Virus record (IMG/VR): IMGVR_UViG_3300026531_000002 | Location: 5,351 to 69,350 of that record | DNA: 64,000 bases | Reading direction: 5' to 3' (one strand) | Source: a virus | Shown: positions 53,988-63,982 of the stretch, one piece after another | How positions within the stretch are numbered: the stretch's first letter is position 1 | Layout: every line of letters starts with the position of its first letter | Notes under the pieces: generated by a model | Told to the model about the DNA's origin: nothing | The model's database searches: none | Seen by the model: the letters and a program-made list of their open reading frames with translations, nothing else | Program-made: the position numbers and the translations under genes

Positions 53988-56158
53988 TACATTACCCCCT
54001 CTTCATCTAGTTTTATTAAATACAGCTCGTTACTACCACTTCTTATAGAAGAACCCATTGTTACATAAGTTGTTCCTCCATTTGTTAGAGTATCTTCAGG
54101 AGCGACTCCTTGTCCATACACCTTTAAGAAATGTTTGCTTGTTCCATAATATACTCTTCTTAATGAGTTTTTGCTAGCACTATTTATAACTTTTTTAGTA
54201 TAAAACTGAATAGGGTATATTAACGGGTTGTCACTATCTTGTGTAATACTAACACTACTGCTCCATTTACTAATAATAGGAGCTGTGTCAAACTTATAAG
54301 TTGTATACATAGTACTATAACTATGGTATCTCCAATAATTAGGAGCAACCCCTATAAATACTGAATTAGGGTTTTTAACCTCTGTAAAAGCAAATAAATC
54401 ATCTACTTTTTCCCAATCATTATAATAAGTGTAGTAGTGCATACCAAAGTTGGCTTTAAAAGCTTCTGTTTGTGTTAGCATTTGGTCTGCTTTACAATAA
54501 TAACTAGGGGCTGAAACATTACTATTGTCAGGTTGGTATATTTTGTATGTTAAAGAACTATTTTTAAAGTCTGTATCAAAACTGAACCAGAACTTATCAA
54601 TTCTATGTTCATAATTTTTAGGAGCTGGACTATAAGGTTTTCCATAGTATCCTACACCTAATCCTGTCATAGTACTAAATAAGTTACTACTAGAAATATA
54701 TAAACTATCATCAAAACTATTATATACGTTAGTTAATGACATCAAATACATATATGGTTTATCAGTAAATAAATGATAACTTTTGCATTTAATTCTGTCT
54801 TGTACTCTACCTAAAGTAATTGCAACATTTTCTGCTAAATACTGTGTTTCAAAATTCTCAATTCCACCTAAATAGTATAAGTCTTTGTCTTTTTTATAAA
54901 ATCTATTTTGATGTTCCTGTACTGACTCATTTAATGATAAAACACTTGCAAGATTCGGATAAGTCCCTGCTTGTGGTTTATTTTGCATATAGTTATCAAC
55001 ATCTGCTTGAGTCCAATACTCATCTAAAGTAAATGTATCCCCATACTCTGCTGTTGTAAGTTTTGATAAATAATGATATAACCCTTTTACATACCCATTA
55101 TCAGTCGCACTATAAACATTTTCACCATTAATATACACATCAATATTTCCATTTGTCCTGTCAGTACATACAACATAAGTAATATAATCAGACGTATCTA
55201 TACTATCTGGTAAAACTTCATTTTTAGCTATTGCTCTATCATTATCAGGAATATAATCATAAAAAGTGTTATCAACTTTATCAGCATATACTCCTGTTTT
55301 TGTCCCTGCGTTATACACCTTATTTTTTCTTAAAAAATTTACAGCGTATTTGATATTATTAGTGGTGTTGTATAAACTCACCTCAATAAACCAACGACCT
55401 TTAAACTCTCCTATACTAAAGTGACTTCTAGTTCCGCGTGAAGAAGTGTAGGCATCGGCACTATAAAACCATAAACTATGGTCTGGTCTAATATTTACCA
55501 CAGTGGTTCTCACTTCTGGGATATTATCTATAAATTGACTATCTTCTAATAAATCAGTTAATAGAATATAATTAGCTTGTACATAGTTACTATCTGTACC
55601 GTAACCACTTTTTGTTGTATTACTAGTCATAGGTTTGTATAGCCCTGTAATTAAAATACTATCACTATTAGTACTAAATCCTCTATCTTTTCCTAAATAT
55701 GCTGTGTGGTACCTCATAATAGTTTGTCTAGGTTTATTGTTATATACAACAACTCCTCTGCTTCTTAGTTTGGCTAAGTAAGAAGGTTCAATAGGAACTA
55801 GAGGGGTTGTTGTAGTGTTTTTAACTTCAAAACTTATAATATCACCCTCTTGCCATTCATTGCTACCCTCTATAATGAGAAACTTTACTTCTCCATTATC
55901 ATAAGGTTCTCCAACTGTTGCATCATCTGTTTGCCCACTAATACTCCCCTCAACTTCAAACTTACTTGTATCACTTTTACAAGTCAAAGTCCATGTTTGT
56001 GGAGTTACTTGATTACCACTTTTATCAATACCTATTGCACTACCATTTCCATTTCCTGTTACACTATATGCTGTAACAACAATTTGGTGAGTTATTGCTA
56101 TATCAATCTGGTCAAGCATATCTGGAGCTGATATATTTCTTCCAACTATATACGCCAT
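53987..56158 (-). CDS. Virion structural / receptor-binding protein
   Basis: TGNGNG...TWTLTC...FEVEGSISG...ATVGEPYDNG; LamG-like YVVC...IDVYINGE insert. Confidence 0.65.
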   Translation of the reverse strand: MAYIVGRNISAPDMLDQIDIAITHQIVVTAYSVTGNGNGSAIGIDKSGNQVTPQTWTLTCKSDTSKFEVEGSISGQTDDATVGEPYDNGEVKFLIIEGSNEWQEGDIISFEVKNTTTTPLVPIEPSYLAKLRSRGVVVYNNKPRQTIMRYHTAYLGKDRGFSTNSDSILITGLYKPMTSNTTKSGYGTDSNYVQANYILLTDLLEDSQFIDNIPEVRTTVVNIRPDHSLWFYSADAYTSSRGTRSHFSIGEFKGRWFIEVSLYNTTNNIKYAVNFLRKNKVYNAGTKTGVYADKVDNTFYDYIPDNDRAIAKNEVLPDSIDTSDYITYVVCTDRTNGNIDVYINGENVYSATDNGYVKGLYHYLSKLTTAEYGDTFTLDEYWTQADVDNYMQNKPQAGTYPNLASVLSLNESVQEHQNRFYKKDKDLYYLGGIENFETQYLAENVAITLGRVQDRIKCKSYHLFTDKPYMYLMSLTNVYNSFDDSLYISSSNLFSTMTGLGVGYYGKPYSPAPKNYEHRIDKFWFSFDTDFKNSSLTYKIYQPDNSNVSAPSYYCKADQMLTQTEAFKANFGMHYYTYYNDWEKVDDLFAFTEVKNPNSVFIGVAPNYWRYHSYSTMYTTYKFDTAPIISKWSSSVSITQDSDNPLIYPIQFYTKKVINSASKNSLRRVYYGTSKHFLKVYGQGVAPEDTLTNGGTTYVTMGSSIRSGSNELYLIKLDEEGVM

Positions 56159-56179
56159 TTCATTACCTTTTTGGCTCGC

Positions 56180-56184
56180 TATCG
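56180..56184 (-). promoter_or_regulatory. Late promoter box CGATA, back-to-back with a sigma70 promoter at 56221-56241
   Basis: ctaaaaaatctgCGATAgcgagccaaaaagg. Confidence 0.75.
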
Positions 56185-56294
56185 CAGATTTTTTAGGAAT
56201 TTTCCTTGTTTAAGATTTATTTAAGTTTATTGTGTTATAATTTTAGTAGAGGTTGTAAATAATACAACCAAATACTTAAAAAAAGGAGATACAA

Positions 56295-56645
56295 ATGAAC
56301 TTAATTGTATTAATAGGAACAATAGGAGTAGTGGTTGTTTTAGCAATCATTGTGGGTGTTTTTTTATTCGCTGTTTTAGGAGTTGTAGGGGCGACTGATG
56401 TAGCAACAGGTGGAGCTGTATCAAGTATTTTTTCATTAATTCATGGAATACTAATTTTTATTGGTTTAGCTGTTTTATTTGTAGTATTTGTTTCAACAAC
56501 TATAATAGTTACTCATTATATCCACCTTTTTTCTTATATAGTAGCTTACTTCTTAACTAATGAAGAAGAAGCTTTACAAGAGGTTTTAAATGAACTAAAA
56601 CAAACTAATAAAATTGCAATGGAAGCACTAGAAGAGACTAAGTAG
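56295..56645 (+). CDS. Membrane protein (superinfection-exclusion candidate)
   Basis: Two to three long hydrophobic segments; stand-alone sigma70 cassette. Confidence 0.5.
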   Translation: MNLIVLIGTIGVVVVLAIIVGVFLFAVLGVVGATDVATGGAVSSIFSLIHGILIFIGLAVLFVVFVSTTIIVTHYIHLFSYIVAYFLTNEEEALQEVLNELKQTNKIAMEALEETK

Positions 56646-56650
56646 GAGGC

Positions 56651-59600
56651 TTATTCAGCTCCTACAATGTTCTTAATAATTCTTGTACCCTCTCTACTTG
56701 TTAAATACTGTGCAAATACTTGAGGGTCTATTGTATTAATAATCACAATCTCACTTTCACCAGAACTTACATTACTACTTTTACCACTCTTAACTTTATT
56801 TACATCATCTCTACTTAGAACATACTCACCTTTTTGTAAAATAGCAGGTATCTCATCATCTTTTAATCCACCCATTTTAACATTAGCTGTATCTCTATCA
56901 ACATAACCACCTGTATGGTATCTAGGAGGTTGCTGTGCTTTTATTGCCGCAACCTGTGCCATACCTTTTGCAATTATCAAACCCGCAACTGCTAAATTCA
57001 TTGGGTAAGGTAACATAGGGTTTGCTAAGGCTTGACTAGCTCCCGCATAAGTGTTGATAATAGCTTCACCAACTCTTAATAATTTCAAAAACTCAAACAT
57101 TCTTTTACTTTTAATGTATCCATCTTGCATCAACCCACTTATAATTCCATCTACTTGTTGGATAGTAAATTTTGCTAATGCTAACTTAGTCTCAAATTGT
57201 GCTTGTGCTAAACTAGCTTTCTGTTCTGCTGTTACTCTAGTTAATTCTAACTCTAACTTGTTTAGTTTCTTTTCAGCCTCTAAACCTTTTAATAAGCCCC
57301 TTTCTTTTTCATAGTTTATTTCTTCCATTTTAAGTTTAATAATATTTCTAATGTCATCATAATGTTTAGCTATAACATCTGGACTTTCCATATCCTGTTT
57401 CATTATTCCACCATACCCACTAGAAATTCCAAAAGTAGTTTCTAATAAGTGTCCTTGTTGAATAGGACTATAACTTCTTTGAATTTCTTTCTCTTTTTTC
57501 TCAATAGTGCTTCTACGCAATTCAATAATCAACTCATCAAGCTTACTTCCTCCGCCTAACTCTTTAGCTTTTTCAATATACTGTTTAAACTCTTGCATAG
57601 TATCCATAAAAATTGTGCTTTGGTTTTTATTTTCAGCTATTACTTTTTGGATACTCATAGTAAACTCTTGTAGCTCTTTTATTCTCTCCTCTTCTTTTTT
57701 CATTAAAGCTAGTTTTTTCTTCAACTCTTTTTCAGCACTCTTTTCAGCTTTTTTACTAGCTTTACTAATAGACTTGCTAGATATTTTACTAGCTTTTTTA
57801 ATAGACTTGCTAGCTTTACTAAACTCTTTACCATACTTTTTAGCATATTTTTCAATATCTTTAAAGAATTTGTTTAAACCTTTTAAGTTACTTTTACTAG
57901 AGTTTGCTTTTTGGATTAAGCTTACATCTCTTCTACTTAAAACAACTTCTCCTGTTTGTAATACAGCTACTCTTTCATCACTTCCTACAACACCACCTGT
58001 ATGGTATTTTTTGACCTCATTAGTTACTTTTAAGTCTGTTTTAACTTCTCCTGATTTAGTTTTAGCACTAGATGCTGTTACAGATGTTGAAACATCTGGC
58101 ACTTTAATAGTAGGTGTAATAACTAGACTATTAATTTCATTCAGCTTTTTCTTTAGTAACTCTGTTTTACTAATACCTTTTTGAATAGCTGTTTCAAGAA
58201 CTTTTCCGACTCTTTGAAACTTCTCCCCACTTTTAATAGTAGCTAATAACTCTTCTTTAAATTTAGCAGTCAAGCCTGTATTATGTTTTATCATTTCTGC
58301 TAAAGTCTTTTGAGGTAGTTTCAAATCACCATACTTTTCTTTTAATTCACTAAACTTAGCTTTTAGTTTTTCTGCTTCACCTCCTGCTTTAGCTAATTTA
58401 GTTTTTAGGTCAGCAGGAACTTTATTAAACTTATTCAAAACTTTATCAAGATTATCTCCAACATTCATAAACTCTTGATTACTTCTATCAGCAACACTTT
58501 TTAACTCATTTAATTTATTATAGGTCTCCCCTGTTAATTGGTTAGCTTTCTCATTTAAAATATTCTCTAACTCAACTTTCTTTTGTTGCATTTCTAAAGC
58601 AATTTTTTTGTACTCTTTCAATCTTTCAGCTGGGTCAGCAATTTTATCAATATTTACTACCCTACCTTGTAAAGACTGCATAGTTGTTATAATATCTTGC
58701 ACCTTAGCTTTAGTTTGTGTGTCTAATCTACTTAAATCTAAGCCATCAAGCACTAACTCAAGGTTATGCTTTAATTGTTTTGCAAAGTTAAATAACTCAA
58801 CACTACCATTTTGGAATAATTGTGTTGCTCTTACCTGTAATGTTTTAAAATGCTCCTCTAATTTAGCATCACTCAAATCTTTCATCAACCCTTTTAAGTT
58901 TCCTGCAAAACTAACAAAAGAAGTTACATCATCTTTACTTAATACTTTAGTAACTGCCCCATTTGCTACAATAGCAGCTTGTTGAACATCATTTAGACTC
59001 TGTTTCAGTTCCGCTAAGTATCTTTTATTATTTGCAATAGCTAAATCAATAGCATTAGCCGCTGTTGTTTGTCCTTTACTTAGGTACTCCTCTTTTACTT
59101 TTGTTAAGTTCTCAATAGTTTGCTTAATCTCTTCTAATTGTTTTAATTGTTGCTCTTTTTTAAGTTCTAACTCATACCCCACAACAATTTTATTGTGTTG
59201 TTTAAACTCTTCTTGATACTTCATAATCTGTGCTTGTATTTTTTTCTTCAAAGCGGGGTCATCTGTTATCTCTAGCTCTGCTTGTTTTATTTTAATTTTG
59301 TCTTGTATCTCACTCATTTTCTCTCTAGCTTGTTGAACTTGAATTAACTTTCTTTCTGCTTCAGCTTTTTTCTGTAATGCTTTAATCTCTAAATCAACAT
59401 TAGCAATTTTCTTAAGTATCTCTTCTTTTTCTGCTCCTGTGGCGTTTTTAGCTTTTTTCATTAATTCAATAATCTTACTTCTTTTTAATGCAACTTGTTT
59501 TTCAGTTTCTGCTAATCTCTCTTGTGCTGTTTTTAGTTTATCAGTTTCACTAGCATATTTTTCAGTCTCTTCTGAAGCACCACTTAAACTGCCTACTAGC

Positions 59601-62600
59601 CAGCTTATACCTTGTTCTATGCCTAATCCTACTAACCATGTAATAGGATTTAACATTCTTAGTTTTCTGAATAACCCTAACATAGATGCAAAAGCTCCTT
59701 TTAGTTTGTCCATACTCCCTAACATTTTACGAGGAGCTTTTACAAATGCTGAAACAGCATTTCCACTTTGAATACTAAAGTTTGATAAAGCCATAGTTGA
59801 TGCTATTACAGCTGTTTTTAAAGCTTTGAACCCACCAACTAAAATAGGAATACTTTTAATAGCCGCTAAACTTCCTAATACTATACTTAAAGATTTTACA
59901 TTATCAACTATTGAAGCACTATTTTCTTTAATCCATTCCATACCACTTTTCATTAAATCTAAAGCACTTTTTAAAGTCGGCTCAAAATCTTTCATAATAC
60001 TAACAAAAGCCATACCAGCTGTATTTTTCAACTGCTCCCATTTCTGAATATAGCTTTCTGCCATTACATCTGCTTTTTCTAACTCATCATCAACACCATT
60101 TTTCAAAATCTTTAAATGCGTCATAATAGCATCTGCATTGTTTCTCATTAGGTTTACTACTTGTGAACTTAATACATTCATACCAGAAGTAGCTTCTAAG
60201 AAATCTACTTTAGACATTTCTTTAAGTCTTTTAATTAGCCTAACAAGAGCCTTATCAGCTACTTCTCCACCTTTTGCAAACTCCATTGCTAGTAACTTCT
60301 GGTCTAGTCCTAATTTCTTAAAGAAGTTCTTAATTTTAGGTGAACTATCCTTTAACATAATACCAAATCTTCTAATTTGTGTACCTATTGTACTAGCATT
60401 AACACCCGCATTACTAAAAGATACTGCCATAGCATTTACTGCTTCCATTGTAATACCACTAGCTTTTGCAGTTGCTAAAGCATAGTTTGCAAATGTTCCT
60501 ATATCTTGTACACTCAATCTTGAAGCATTTGCTGTATACGCTAATTGGTTAGCAAAATCTTTTAAAGTTTTACCTGTATCTTTAAAAGTTTGATTATAAG
60601 AAATCAAAGCACTGCTTGAAGTGGCAATACTGTCTCCTGTTAATTTAGCTAGCTTAACAACATATTCAGTACCTTTAGCAATGTCTTTGTAATCTAAACC
60701 TGCACGAGCTAATTCCATTCCTGCTTCATTGATTTCTTTCAGCTCTCCACCAAATCTTGCTCCAATCCCTGCTAATTGTTTTTCTAAGAATTTAGCACTC
60801 ACAGCAGATTGGTCTAAAACTGCTTGAAACTGTTTAGTAGCCTTATCAAGCTCTACCATATACCCTACACCCATTTTAAAAACTTCAATCACTTTATAGA
60901 ATGATGTATATAACCCAAAATAGGTTGCACCTGTCTTAATCTGGTTTGTAAAGTACTTAAAAGAGTCATAACCTGATATCTGTGCTTTTATTTCACTTAA
61001 CTGCATTTTAGTTTTATGTAACGCACTATTCACACTTTTTATTCTATTAACATCATTCTTGCTTACTATTGTAACATCACTTGTTTTTAATGCTTTATTA
61101 ACTTTTTGTTGTACTCTATTTAAATCTTCATATTCTTTTTTTAGTTTTTCAACTTCTGCTTCAGCTTTTTTTAAAGCTTCTGGGTTAGCTGTTCTTCTTT
61201 TACTTTCAATAAGTCTTGATAAAGCTTGTATCTCTCTTTCATACTGCTTCAACAATCTATCATTTATTTTTTCAATCTTTGCTAATGAGTCTAATTCTTT
61301 TAAATCTTTCTGATTTAACGAAGTTTTTATTTTCCCTATCTTTTCATTTTGTTTGATGATTTTAGAATACATATCTAAAATTTTATTACTATTAGAACTT
61401 GGAATATTAACATTTTTAAGCTCTTCTAACTTTTCAATAGGCATTTTCTTAACTATGCTATTAAACTCTTTTACACTTTTAACAGCACCCTCTAAGTTTT
61501 CAGATAATCCATTTAGTTTCATAGAAAATAACCCTCTCTTAGCAGGGTCTGTTCCAATCTCTTTTTCAGCCCTTTTAAGTTCGTCTAGTCTAGCTTTGTA
61601 TTTATCAATAGACTTATCTAAAGATTTAATAGCTTTGTCATCAGGACTAAACCCACTTTGTAACAGCCTCTTTTTTTGTTCTCTTAAAGCTCTTATGTTT
61701 TTGTATAATGAGTTAAACACTTTTTTATTCTTTTGTAGGAAGTCATCTAATTCTACTTTCATTTTCTTAATTTGATGTGCTAATTCTTCAGTTTTTTTAA
61801 GGAGCTTTTTAGGGTCTGTTTCATTTAGCTTACTAAACTCCTCTAATAAACCAAAAACTTCTCTTTTAGCTTGTGTTGTTTTAAAATTTTTTACTACATC
61901 TTGAATTTGTTTTAACTTTCTAAAAGCTTTTTCAGCATTTGAAACATCTACTTCTAGTTTAATTTTATCAAGTCCTGTTTTAGCTCCTTTAGCTTTCTCA
62001 AATAAGTCTTTAGTAACTCTTTGTTTAACTCCATTCATTAATAAGCCTGCATCAGCTCCTAAATCAATCTTTTTAATTCTATTAATAAGCTTTTGAGTCT
62101 TCTCTAGTTTAGTGTTAATAGCATCTAAAGCTTTAACAGCTTTTGGATTATCAATTTTAGCAATAGCTTTATCAATCTCTTTAGAAAGCTTTTTAAACTC
62201 TTCTTCCGTTATATAACCTGTATTTTTAAGCTCTAACACTTTCTTTTTAAGTTCACCTGTTTTACCTGTAAAGCCTCTTGTAATGTTGCTGTTAATAGCT
62301 TCCATTCTATTCTTAATAGTTTGGTATTGCATATTAAACTTAGACAGGTCTGCTAAAGCCTTGTTCAGAACTGATGGATTAACAGGTTGGTTGTTTGCAA
62401 AGCTATCTGCTATATGTTGGTTTAGCTTATTTTGAGTGCTTTGTATTTTTCTTTGTAGAGTAATAGCCTCTGCTTCCATTTTTTTAATAATGTTTTGAAA
62501 AGGTGTATCACTCAACTTAACATTTTTAAACATTTTCATCAAGTCTTGAGTAACTTTAAAGACTTCTTTCTCAATCTTAGATAAACCTCTTTGAGAAAAA

Positions 62601-62632
62601 TCAATAACAAATTCTGCACTAAACTTTTTCAT
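56651..62632 (-). CDS. Tail tape measure protein (1993 aa)
   Basis: Long helical protein; TP901-type core (ELARAGL, LAYTANAS, NAGVNASTIGTQIRR); C-terminal YHTGG...EIPAILQKGEYVL. Confidence 0.92.
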   Translation of the reverse strand: MKKFSAEFVIDFSQRGLSKIEKEVFKVTQDLMKMFKNVKLSDTPFQNIIKKMEAEAITLQRKIQSTQNKLNQHIADSFANNQPVNPSVLNKALADLSKFNMQYQTIKNRMEAINSNITRGFTGKTGELKKKVLELKNTGYITEEEFKKLSKEIDKAIAKIDNPKAVKALDAINTKLEKTQKLINRIKKIDLGADAGLLMNGVKQRVTKDLFEKAKGAKTGLDKIKLEVDVSNAEKAFRKLKQIQDVVKNFKTTQAKREVFGLLEEFSKLNETDPKKLLKKTEELAHQIKKMKVELDDFLQKNKKVFNSLYKNIRALREQKKRLLQSGFSPDDKAIKSLDKSIDKYKARLDELKRAEKEIGTDPAKRGLFSMKLNGLSENLEGAVKSVKEFNSIVKKMPIEKLEELKNVNIPSSNSNKILDMYSKIIKQNEKIGKIKTSLNQKDLKELDSLAKIEKINDRLLKQYEREIQALSRLIESKRRTANPEALKKAEAEVEKLKKEYEDLNRVQQKVNKALKTSDVTIVSKNDVNRIKSVNSALHKTKMQLSEIKAQISGYDSFKYFTNQIKTGATYFGLYTSFYKVIEVFKMGVGYMVELDKATKQFQAVLDQSAVSAKFLEKQLAGIGARFGGELKEINEAGMELARAGLDYKDIAKGTEYVVKLAKLTGDSIATSSSALISYNQTFKDTGKTLKDFANQLAYTANASRLSVQDIGTFANYALATAKASGITMEAVNAMAVSFSNAGVNASTIGTQIRRFGIMLKDSSPKIKNFFKKLGLDQKLLAMEFAKGGEVADKALVRLIKRLKEMSKVDFLEATSGMNVLSSQVVNLMRNNADAIMTHLKILKNGVDDELEKADVMAESYIQKWEQLKNTAGMAFVSIMKDFEPTLKSALDLMKSGMEWIKENSASIVDNVKSLSIVLGSLAAIKSIPILVGGFKALKTAVIASTMALSNFSIQSGNAVSAFVKAPRKMLGSMDKLKGAFASMLGLFRKLRMLNPITWLVGLGIEQGISWLVGSLSGASEETEKYASETDKLKTAQERLAETEKQVALKRSKIIELMKKAKNATGAEKEEILKKIANVDLEIKALQKKAEAERKLIQVQQAREKMSEIQDKIKIKQAELEITDDPALKKKIQAQIMKYQEEFKQHNKIVVGYELELKKEQQLKQLEEIKQTIENLTKVKEEYLSKGQTTAANAIDLAIANNKRYLAELKQSLNDVQQAAIVANGAVTKVLSKDDVTSFVSFAGNLKGLMKDLSDAKLEEHFKTLQVRATQLFQNGSVELFNFAKQLKHNLELVLDGLDLSRLDTQTKAKVQDIITTMQSLQGRVVNIDKIADPAERLKEYKKIALEMQQKKVELENILNEKANQLTGETYNKLNELKSVADRSNQEFMNVGDNLDKVLNKFNKVPADLKTKLAKAGGEAEKLKAKFSELKEKYGDLKLPQKTLAEMIKHNTGLTAKFKEELLATIKSGEKFQRVGKVLETAIQKGISKTELLKKKLNEINSLVITPTIKVPDVSTSVTASSAKTKSGEVKTDLKVTNEVKKYHTGGVVGSDERVAVLQTGEVVLSRRDVSLIQKANSSKSNLKGLNKFFKDIEKYAKKYGKEFSKASKSIKKASKISSKSISKASKKAEKSAEKELKKKLALMKKEEERIKELQEFTMSIQKVIAENKNQSTIFMDTMQEFKQYIEKAKELGGGSKLDELIIELRRSTIEKKEKEIQRSYSPIQQGHLLETTFGISSGYGGIMKQDMESPDVIAKHYDDIRNIIKLKMEEINYEKERGLLKGLEAEKKLNKLELELTRVTAEQKASLAQAQFETKLALAKFTIQQVDGIISGLMQDGYIKSKRMFEFLKLLRVGEAIINTYAGASQALANPMLPYPMNLAVAGLIIAKGMAQVAAIKAQQPPRYHTGGYVDRDTANVKMGGLKDDEIPAILQKGEYVLSRDDVNKVKSGKSSNVSSGESEIVIINTIDPQVFAQYLTSREGTRIIKNIVGAE

Positions 62633-62667
62633 TCCTATCCTTTATTAGCTTCTTTTCTTGCTCGTGT

Positions 62668-62696
62668 TGTCGTGATTTTTAGGTTTGTTAGCGATT
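62668..62696. promoter_or_regulatory. Divergent late boxes: CGACA (minus, 62668-62672) and CGATT (plus, 62692-62696)
   Basis: Lie between the tape-measure start and the 62725 ORF. Confidence 0.55.
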
Positions 62697-62724
62697 GGTA
62701 TTTTAAATAAATAAGAGGATAAAA

Positions 62725-63561
62725 GTGAAAGATAGTATATTTATTAATAGAGTTAAGAGGCACTTTACTCTTAACTTAAGCAGAACTGAATCGGATACGT
62801 CACGGAGCTTTAACAGTGCTGAATCAGATGCTGGAATAGATAATGAATCGGATACGTCACGGAGCTTTAACAGTGTTGAATCAGATATTGAAACAATTAT
62901 GAACCAGAACCTTAACAGTGCTGAATCAGATGCTGAAACAATTCTATATATAGAGTATAAGATTTTGTCTTACAACCAATTAGAGTACCTCAATCAGTTT
63001 CCTAAACAACAGATGACAAAGTTAGGACATTACAAAACTTTACAAGAGGCTGAAGTAGAGATTGAAACATTAACTGAAACAGTTCCTTTAGAAGAGTTAC
63101 CATACAATTTAATAGAAAAAATAGCAGTCAAAATTATAGAAGAGTCAGAAGTTTTTGAAGACACTTATCAAGCTCTCTTAGATAGTTATGAACTGTCAAA
63201 ATTCACTCAAGGCTCTGACACATGGGATTGTGAAGTGTGTAAATCTAAGGGGCTTGATAAGTACCGCAACTGTGCTTTGTTAGGTAATAATAAGAAAGGT
63301 AGTAAAGGGTATCAAGAAGATTTTACTGTTAGGATAGGGAAAAGAATACTGCGTGAGTGTCCTATTAATTTGATTGATAAAGATATAATAGAGATTGCAT
63401 ATGAGGCTTATTCAATGTATGATAAAGGGTTGTTACCTTGTGATGGTGGATTGTATGACCAAACAAGAGCTTTTGTAGTGTTTAGTAGGTTTATTGATAA
63501 TGAGATTGAGAAAGAAAAACTGAAAGAGATGAAGAAACAGAACCGCTCCAAATCTGGATAG
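62725..63561 (+). CDS. Stand-alone gpGT-like tail assembly chaperone with repetitive N-terminus
   Basis: CEVC...RNC...ECP...GLLPCDGGLYDQ resembles the pre-tape-measure chaperone motif. Confidence 0.5.
   Translation: MKDSIFINRVKRHFTLNLSRTESDTSRSFNSAESDAGIDNESDTSRSFNSVESDIETIMNQNLNSAESDAETILYIEYKILSYNQLEYLNQFPKQQMTKLGHYKTLQEAEVEIETLTETVPLEELPYNLIEKIAVKIIEESEVFEDTYQALLDSYELSKFTQGSDTWDCEVCKSKGLDKYRNCALLGNNKKGSKGYQEDFTVRIGKRILRECPINLIDKDIIEIAYEAYSMYDKGLLPCDGGLYDQTRAFVVFSRFIDNEIEKEKLKEMKKQNRSKSG
62787..62940 (+). repeat. Coding repeats (ESDTSRSFNS.ESD)
   Basis: tgaatcggatacgtcacggagctttaacagtg twice; ttaacagtg(c/t)tgaatcagat three times. Confidence 0.85.
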
Positions 63562-63769
63562 GCTACTGCTGAAGTGCTGGGTAAGACTCCGTGTCGGGGC
63601 TGGGTAGGCTACTGCTAAAGTGCTGGATAGGGGGCTGTGTCAGTGCTGGGTAGGCTACTGCTGAAGTGCTGGGTAAGACTCCGTGTAAGACTCCGTGTAA
63701 GACTCCGTGTAAGACTCCGTGTCAGTGCTGTGTCAGTGCTGGGTAAGACTCCGTGTAAGACTCCGTGTC
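63554..63769. repeat. GC-rich array of 23-bp and 12-bp units
   Basis: ctgg(a/g)taggctactgct(g/a)aagtg x3, alternating with other 23-mers; taagactccgtg x7. Confidence 0.92.
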
Positions 63770-63929
63770 TTTAGGAAATATGTCAGGTTTTTACAGATGC
63801 TGGAAAAGTCCCGTGCGAGTATTTGAGTAACTCCGCCCTACCAACACAAAAACTCACCTTTTCAACCCCCCCCCTACCTTGACATAAATTGACTCAATAA
63901 AATATCCAGCCCCCTACACTCAACTTAAT

Positions 63930-63982
63930 CAGCCCCCTATCCAGCAGCCGCACCAGCAGCCGCACCAGCGTTGACACAGCAC
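63930..63982. repeat. Inverted copies of array units
   Basis: 63930-63946 is the revcomp of 63621-63637; 63972-63982 is the revcomp of 63725-63735; ccagcagccgca twice. Confidence 0.8.

Noticed and set aside
57051-61775. Plus-strand ORFs within the tape measure (and similar antisense ORFs in nrdA, capsid, tail tube, sbcC, rep)
   Set aside because: Shadow frames of well-supported genes; Leu/Ser/Phe-rich, no RBS or motifs
63554-63769. CRISPR array
   Set aside because: Units are tandem or alternating with no unique spacers, and no cas genes are present
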